Assembly (NCBI GenBank): GCA_042218075.1
Contig: JBDGRK010000033.1
Coordinates: forward strand, 1 to 12,898
Direction: 5' to 3'
Origin: Candidatus Nanohaloarchaea archaeon
GTDB lineage: Archaea > Nanohalarchaeota > Nanosalinia > Nanosalinales > Nanosalinaceae
Length of the DNA: 12,898 bases
The stretch's first letter is position 1. Every line of letters begins with the position of its first letter. A program made the translations under genes and the position numbers. Under the pieces are notes generated by a model. That model was not told the DNA's origin, searched no databases, and saw only the letters and a program-made list of their open reading frames with translations. Shown here piece by piece: positions 7,921-12,898 of the stretch.

Positions 7921-8393
7921 CTTCCGGGACCCGGTCCTGCACCTGTAACAGTGCTGGATATCCTTGATTTTTGGTACAAACCCAGCTGGTAAAAACCACT
8001 ATCCTGCGAATCATCCCGCGAGTATAGAGGGGCTTGCAGTGTCAGAGCTGAGAGAAATGTCCTGGAACATTTTCCATCGCCCATTCCGACTCCGAGGAAT
8101 TCACCCTCTCTCATTCCTGGAGCAGGATAGTCGCATACACCCGAGTCTTCACTTATTCTCTTCTCCAGCTTCGACTTCTCCATCCTGCCGAACTCGCCGT
8201 TCTGGTTGGCTATCTTGAATATGCCTGCGGTCCTGTAGCCGTTCACCTGTAGCCCTGCCTTGGAAAGGTTTGACTTCTTCTCAATAATGCCGAATAGAGT
8301 TCCTAGAACCAGAGATATCAGGAAAATAATTATTACCAAACCTATCGCCTCCGGCAGAACCTTTCTAAGAGTCAAAGCCGCATCCCTCGACAT
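7917..8393 (-). CDS. Membrane-anchored surface protein with N-terminal hydrophobic helix; possible TTG start at 8375
   Basis: RKVLPEAIGLVIIIFLISLVLGTLFG helix, two Cys; overlaps both neighbours; GAGGG lies upstream of TTG 8375. Confidence 0.72.
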   Translation of the reverse strand: MSRDAALTLRKVLPEAIGLVIIIFLISLVLGTLFGIIEKKSNLSKAGLQVNGYRTAGIFKIANQNGEFGRMEKSKLEKRISEDSGVCDYPAPGMREGEFLGVGMGDGKCSRTFLSALTLQAPLYSRDDSQDSGFYQLGLYQKSRISSTVTGAGPGPGR

Positions 8394-8805
8394 TAATAGA
8401 AAGCTTCTTTGAGTTTTTTACCACGCATAGCTTATCTGTCAGACCGGTCTGGTAATCAAAACCTACAGGCGGGTTTATCCGGTGTTTCGCGGTCTGGCCG
8501 AGTATCGGTACCTTGACCGATCCGGCAGAATACTTCAGGAATACTTTTCCATCTTTCTCCACCACTTCATAGTCATCCTTGAACTCTATCTGGGTTTTGC
8601 CCTCCTCCAGCCCGGACATCATGTAGATGGTGGATTCCACCCTCTCCGCCGGCACTTCCACAGTATCCACCCTGATCTTGTCCGGCACAGCCTTCGTGGC
8701 ATTGTTGGCTATAGCAAGCACCATTATACCTGCAACTATCATCACCACGTATATTACGACAGTCAGCTGGTTCTGACCCTTCCCCACTTTACTCCACCGC
8801 ACCAT
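8365..8805 (-). CDS. Type IV pilin-like protein (class III signal peptide); possible GTG start at 8787
   Basis: KVGKG|QNQLTVVIYVVMIVAGIMVLAIA is a KG|Q cleavage motif common in archaeal pilins; C-terminal Cys pair (LCVVK..EGC). Confidence 0.8.
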   Translation of the reverse strand: MVRWSKVGKGQNQLTVVIYVVMIVAGIMVLAIANNATKAVPDKIRVDTVEVPAERVESTIYMMSGLEEGKTQIEFKDDYEVVEKDGKVFLKYSAGSVKVPILGQTAKHRINPPVGFDYQTGLTDKLCVVKNSKKLSINVEGCGFDS

Positions 8806-8857
8806 ACAGAAAACGAAAAGTTTTCAATCCCGTAAACATGTATCCCTGATGGAAAAG

Positions 8858-8896
8858 CTCTGAATAAAACTGTTGGGAAAACCCTGATTTACTTCA
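8858..8896. repeat. 39-nt direct repeat copy 1 (gene end, stop codon and downstream intergenic/promoter region)
   Basis: ctctgaataaaactgttgggaaaaccctgatttacttca; 38/39 identical to 10156-10194. Confidence 0.93.
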
Positions 8897-9791
8897 GTTT
8901 AGTCCTATCAGAGTACTTGACTTTACCATCCCTATAACACCGGAAGTAGATCTCCTGGCCACTTTTCATAATCGTATTGTAATTATTGTAGCCGTATTCA
9001 TTGCTATTTCCATCACTGTTGGTATCCCCACCACTTTGCATCTCCCCTTTTTGATCATTGTCATCGAAACCGTCCGAGCCAGCATATTCTTTATTCTTGT
9101 ACTGGTCATCGTCCCAGATGCACATATCTGCATTACTAGGTAGCTGAATCCTCAGATCAAGCCTGGAGTCGCACTTGATAATAGTGATATCATTACTTCC
9201 ACAGCCAGTTGAACTTCCTCCAGAATCTCCGCCTGTATCACCTGAAGAACCAGAACCATCATCAGAGCTTCCACCAGAACCGTCGCCAGTATTTCCTCCA
9301 GCCGAGCCACTTTGTCCAGAGCTTTCGCCAGATCCTCCCGAACCACCATCACTTCCAGATCCATCGCCAGAGCCGTCTGATGTGGATTCAGCCGTAACAT
9401 AGCTTACTTTTACTTCCTTTTTCGCTGTCCGCGTTATCTTATAGGTTGTACTTGTAGAGATTCTGACATCGAGTTTTATCTTATTGCAGCCAGGAACCTC
9501 CTGCTCGAAGACTTCAACTTCTTTTCCTCCCTTTAAAGAATTCAAGACCAGAATATTTTTCTCTTTAACCTCAATAGTTTTCCCATCCGGTATCCCCAGT
9601 CTGACCGAACCTTCATCCCTGTAACCCGTGCATACCTGATTCAGTCTATTCTTTAAATCCTTAACCGCGTCTTCGCCCTTGTTCAATTCCCCTGAACCTG
9701 TAAAATTTTTTACAAGTCCGTTGACTGCCGCCATGCCTACGAGCACGAATACTGTGCTCACAATCAACGCTACTACCTCCTTGCCATCCAA
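8889..9791 (-). CDS. Pilin-like surface protein: TM helix, Cys-pair domain, long G/S/D linker, C-terminal four-Cys domain
   Basis: TTG start with strong SD GAGGTGA (9805-9799); MDGKEVVALIVSTVFVLVGMAAV helix; ~60-aa Gly/Ser linker; C-terminal domain homologous to that of 10187-11332. Confidence 0.85.
   Translation of the reverse strand: MDGKEVVALIVSTVFVLVGMAAVNGLVKNFTGSGELNKGEDAVKDLKNRLNQVCTGYRDEGSVRLGIPDGKTIEVKEKNILVLNSLKGGKEVEVFEQEVPGCNKIKLDVRISTSTTYKITRTAKKEVKVSYVTAESTSDGSGDGSGSDGGSGGSGESSGQSGSAGGNTGDGSGGSSDDGSGSSGDTGGDSGGSSTGCGSNDITIIKCDSRLDLRIQLPSNADMCIWDDDQYKNKEYAGSDGFDDNDQKGEMQSGGDTNSDGNSNEYGYNNYNTIMKSGQEIYFRCYRDGKVKYSDRTKLK
9190..9224. repeat. 35-nt direct repeat copy 1 (encodes SGGSSTGCGS at domain border)
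   Basis: 9195-9224 acttccacagccagttgaacttcctccaga is 30/30 identical to 10508-10537; 34/35 with extension. Confidence 0.93.
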
Positions 9792-10012
9792 ACGGCAGTC
9801 ACCTCGATTAATTCGTGCCTGAAAAAGGAGTTGCTCTGCTCAGGGCAGTTTTTATCCTTAACCGGGTTGCATCCTACTACACCCTTGCTGTTTTCGCTCC
9901 CGAATATGTAGCCGGTTCCCTGCTTGTAACCTCCCTTCACGAACACTACAGTCAGCAGGAGCACTATTATCGCGAGAACTATTCCAACTATGACCCCTAC
10001 CTCCCTGTTCAA
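9773..10012 (-). CDS. Small pilin-like membrane protein (likely TTG start at 10012; ORF track uses GTG 10024)
   Basis: MNREVGVIVGIVLAIIVLLLTVVFVKGG helix, Cys pair (GCNPVKDKNCP); TTG overlaps the TGA of the upstream 42-aa gene (TTGA), with GGGGTGG upstream. Confidence 0.75.
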   Translation of the reverse strand: MNREVGVIVGIVLAIIVLLLTVVFVKGGYKQGTGYIFGSENSKGVVGCNPVKDKNCPEQSNSFFRHELIEVTAVWMARR

Positions 10013-10137
10013 GAGGGAATCCACCCCAGCATTGTCTGCTCTCCACCGGAGATGTAGGTGTTGGCCATGAACGCAAGTATCAGCAGAACCGCCACACCTA
10101 TAACAATTGAAACAACCAGATTTATCGAAATCTCCAT
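10009..10137 (-). CDS. 42-aa mini pilin-like protein not in the ORF track
   Basis: Manual translation: MEISINLVVSIVIGVAVLLILAFMANTYISGGEQTMLGWIPS*. It fills the gap, has a TATA-like TTTTATT 23 nt upstream of its ATG, and its stop overlaps the next start. Confidence 0.8.
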   Translation of the reverse strand: MEISINLVVSIVIGVAVLLILAFMANTYISGGEQTMLGWIPS

Positions 10138-10155
10138 ACTCTTGGAATTGAAGAT

Positions 10156-10194
10156 CTCTGAATAAAACTGTTGGGAAAACCCAGATTTACTTCA
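10156..10194. repeat. 39-nt direct repeat copy 2
   Basis: ctctgaataaaactgttgggaaaacccagatttacttca; one mismatch versus 8858-8896. Confidence 0.93.
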
Positions 10195-11332
10195 TTTCAG
10201 TGTTGACGGAAACACTCGTATCTTTTTCGTCACCTTCATAACACCGGACATATACCTTCTCTCCACTACCTAACCCGGATGAGGTTTCATGATACTCATT
10301 AGCAATACCGTCTTCATTCGTATCTCCCTCTCCTTCCATCAAACCAAATTTACTCTGGTCATTATAAGCATTTTCCACGTCGTTTTTAGGTTTCCCAGCA
10401 TATCTCTCATTCTTATATTTGTCATCATCCCAGATACATTCATCAAAAGATTTGTCAAACTGAACTCTCAGGTTTTCCGGGGCACACTTAATAAACGTCT
10501 CCTCATCACTTCCACAGCCAGTTGAACTTCCTCCAGAGGAAGGAGATACCACTTTAACAGTCTTAGTTGTTTTATCATTTCCACCGGAGGCAACTACTTT
10601 TAGAGTAACCTTCTTATCACCTGAGTTTTCAAACTTATGATTAACTTTTTTACCGCCACCTTCAAACGTTTCATCGCCGGTCCATTCCCATTTGTATTCA
10701 TCTATACTTCCCCCCGAAGGAGCTGAGGACGATTCCGCATCGAAAGTAACTTTCTCTCCAACCTCTGGATTTGATGGTGTAACACGGAAATCGGCTTTAA
10801 GTCCTGAACTTCCTCCTGAGAGGTCAGGAACAGACTTGGTTTCCTCGTAGTAGTCTCCACCGCCAGCGGTGAACCTGGCCCTGACTTTCTCTCCCGGTTG
10901 TAGATTTGCACTTTCTGCTGTCACACTGCATTCTTTCTGGTCTCCACAGTCAGCGTTACCGAAGTTTGTGGTTCCCTTGTAGAGAGAAGCACTGGCAAGA
11001 GAAACCTGTCCAGAGGCCGTCGCCTTTACTGTATACTTATCACCGTTCTTGTTGATATCGAAGCTGATCGTCACACTACCGGAGGATTCACCTGAACCAC
11101 CGGTTCCAGCGCCTCCACCGCTGAACTTTTTCCTGGCTTCTCTCAGTTCTCCAGCCACGCTGTCCTTCCCATCCGTATACTGATCGTCCAGCTTGCTCGC
11201 CTTCTTAGTAAGGGGATCAAACTGGGAACCTATCGCGGAAATAATGAACAGTATCATCAGCACCGCCACCACCACACCTATTACACTTCCTATAGAATCC
11301 AGTCCCTTGCTCTCCCCGATTTCCACTTCCAT
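10187..11332 (-). CDS. Pilin-like surface protein: class III signal, Ig-like domain, PKD domain, C-terminal four-Cys domain
   Basis: SKG|LDSIGSVIGVVVAVLMILFIISAIG; PKD-type ADFRVTPSNPEVGEKVTFDAESS..IDEYKWEW..VNHKFENSGDKKVTLKV (about 10549-10801); C-terminal domain shared with 8889-9791. Confidence 0.88.
   Translation of the reverse strand: MEVEIGESKGLDSIGSVIGVVVAVLMILFIISAIGSQFDPLTKKASKLDDQYTDGKDSVAGELREARKKFSGGGAGTGGSGESSGSVTISFDINKNGDKYTVKATASGQVSLASASLYKGTTNFGNADCGDQKECSVTAESANLQPGEKVRARFTAGGGDYYEETKSVPDLSGGSSGLKADFRVTPSNPEVGEKVTFDAESSSAPSGGSIDEYKWEWTGDETFEGGGKKVNHKFENSGDKKVTLKVVASGGNDKTTKTVKVVSPSSGGSSTGCGSDEETFIKCAPENLRVQFDKSFDECIWDDDKYKNERYAGKPKNDVENAYNDQSKFGLMEGEGDTNEDGIANEYHETSSGLGSGEKVYVRCYEGDEKDTSVSVNTEMK
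10503..10537. repeat. 35-nt direct repeat copy 2 (encodes SGGSSTGCGS)
   Basis: Matches 9190-9224 at 34/35. Confidence 0.93.
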
Positions 11333-11393
11333 AATAGAGTATTCTCCAGCTCAGGCTAAAAAGGTTGTCAAAATATATTTTCCCGGAAAACGA

Positions 11394-12898
11394 TTAACTG
11401 CACCTCCTCTTGATTTTAGCACTCTTAATCTTGACTTTAGCTTTAGAGTTAGTGGTAAGTCTGTTGAGGAATATATTTACCGTTCCAGGTGAGCTTTGCA
11501 TTTTAAATGGTTCTCCACCAAACGCTATTTTGTTTTGTTTGAAGTCGATGTTTACCTTGAAATCTCCTTCTTTTGCGATCTTTTTCCCTCTAACATAGAC
11601 ACCATCATTCCTAACTTTCGCACTATATTGTTTTTCTTTAATGAAAAACCCAAGGATGGCCTTTTCTGAAGCCGGACCCACTTTCACTGTGAGAGATTCT
11701 GTAGTATCAAGATCGGTTTGATCATAGCTTACCTCAATAGCATCCCCGTATTCTTTAGATTCCAGTACCAACCCATCGCTTTTTTCCTCTATAATTCCAG
11801 TATCTGGATTCCTAACTACTTGGTACTGGTCAAGTACGCTGAAGCTGTCCAGGCATTTCTCCGCAAACCATCCCGGCTTATAGTAATCTAATTCATGTGA
11901 CTTTCCACTGTGTTTCACGCTTGTAGTCTTGCTTTCCAGGCCACAGCTCAGCTTAACCTGCTCGCCATTGATTTTCATCTCATTAGAGCTTCCACTGCTC
12001 TTGTCTCCACTGCTCAGAGCCTTCTCCAGATTACATTTGCCAACGGGATCAGGATTCTTCGGCAGGTCATTCCCGAGAAACTCTCCACTTGCTCTTTCCC
12101 CGCCACCATTTATACAGGATCCCCCGCTTCCAGTTATCTCGATCTTCGGGAAAACAGCATTTTCTACAAGCGGTCTGACCTTATCACCTCCGACATCATC
12201 ACCGTTTCCAATATCTTTTGCATTACTCTGTATGAAACCTTCAGCATTTTTACAGAAAACATACCGGGCATTTTCCACAAATCTCTCAAATCTTCCCTCT
12301 TTGTCTTTGTTTCCAGTTCCCCCTTCTTTAATCCTCCATTCTTCAGGATTCTTATCCGCTGGAAGTACTTTTGGCACACTCTTCATTCTGACCCTGTAAT
12401 AGTAGAGCTTCTCATGTCCGGAATCTAGTTTCCCGGTTCTGTACTGTCTTGCCCCAGAACCTTCAAAGATTCCTTGTGCTCCATATGATTCGTAAAAATC
12501 TTCGTTCTTGAATCCTTCATCATTATAGAGTTCGTGGAATTTGGGATCATCTACTTTATAACTAATTCCTGCTGGAAGGAAAGCAGCTATTCTCTGGCCT
12601 TTCCAGAAATCTGGATATTTAGGGCTCCTTATAATAGGGTAAAGATCCATTGCCAGAAGCTTCTCCCCGTGACCAGAATTATCCGGATAATCGTATCCTT
12701 TTTCAACAAGAACATCCTGATCGTAGTCACCATCGTTTATTATGAACTGTTTGTTGATCTTGAAGAATACCCTTCCAAATCTCCCCTCCATATCGTTCTC
12801 TGATTGAGGCCCTCCTCCTCTCAGAGGATTCACCACATTTAAGGCATCATCAACCGGGTTCAGATCTACCGGGCTAGATCCCGCACAGAGTCCTGAAA
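11394..12898 (-). CDS. Large hypothetical, probably extracellular Cys-containing protein; 5' end lies outside the window
   Basis: The frame has no stop from GTG 12836 to the window edge (SGLCAGSSPVDLNPVDDALN precedes it). Several Cys, G/S linkers, beta-rich C-terminal ~150 aa; co-oriented with the pilin array. Confidence 0.8.
   Translation of the reverse strand, partial: SGLCAGSSPVDLNPVDDALNVVNPLRGGGPQSENDMEGRFGRVFFKINKQFIINDGDYDQDVLVEKGYDYPDNSGHGEKLLAMDLYPIIRSPKYPDFWKGQRIAAFLPAGISYKVDDPKFHELYNDEGFKNEDFYESYGAQGIFEGSGARQYRTGKLDSGHEKLYYYRVRMKSVPKVLPADKNPEEWRIKEGGTGNKDKEGRFERFVENARYVFCKNAEGFIQSNAKDIGNGDDVGGDKVRPLVENAVFPKIEITGSGGSCINGGGERASGEFLGNDLPKNPDPVGKCNLEKALSSGDKSSGSSNEMKINGEQVKLSCGLESKTTSVKHSGKSHELDYYKPGWFAEKCLDSFSVLDQYQVVRNPDTGIIEEKSDGLVLESKEYGDAIEVSYDQTDLDTTESLTVKVGPASEKAILGFFIKEKQYSAKVRNDGVYVRGKKIAKEGDFKVNIDFKQNKIAFGGEPFKMQSSPGTVNIFLNRLTTNSKAKVKIKSAKIKRRCS

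Noticed and set aside
9225-9390. G/S/D-rich stretch as a tandem DNA repeat
   Set aside because: Codons vary and there is no fixed period; it is a low-complexity protein linker.
8858-10194. CRISPR repeats or IS ends from the 39-nt repeat
   Set aside because: Only two direct copies 1298 nt apart, overlapping stop codons; no spacer periodicity, inverted termini, cas or transposase genes.
8858-10537. Diversity-generating retroelement TR/VR pair
   Set aside because: The interiors differ by indels and many non-adenine substitutions, both copies are coding gene ends, and no reverse transcriptase is in the window.
12834-12836. GTG at 12836 as the true start of the 480-aa ORF
   Set aside because: The frame stays open to the window edge with no evident promoter or SD; the gene is most likely truncated by the window.

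Overview
Archaeal, gene-dense window with a strongly acidic cytoplasmic proteome. It is most consistent with a halophilic DPANN lineage such as Nanohaloarchaeota. This is an inference from the acidic FEN1, iPGM and Alba, the presence of Alba (generally absent from Halobacteria) and the very short intergenic gaps. The left part holds fen (FEN1 with a PIP box), two extremely acidic coiled-coil proteins and a bacterial-type gpmI. From 4890 to the right edge everything is on the minus strand: 11 genes for type IV pilin-like or membrane-anchored surface proteins, a large truncated Cys-containing protein, and an acidic Alba in the middle of the array. One of the 11 is a 42-aa gene missing from the ORF track. 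The most notable structure is a pair of unrelated surface proteins (8889-9791, 10187-11332) that end in the same ~110-aa four-Cys, DxNxDG-containing domain. Its interior is diverged, but both borders are near-identical at DNA level (34/35 and 38/39 nt), suggesting swappable C-terminal tip cassettes. No RNA genes, CRISPR array, transposase, recombinase or reverse transcriptase were seen.
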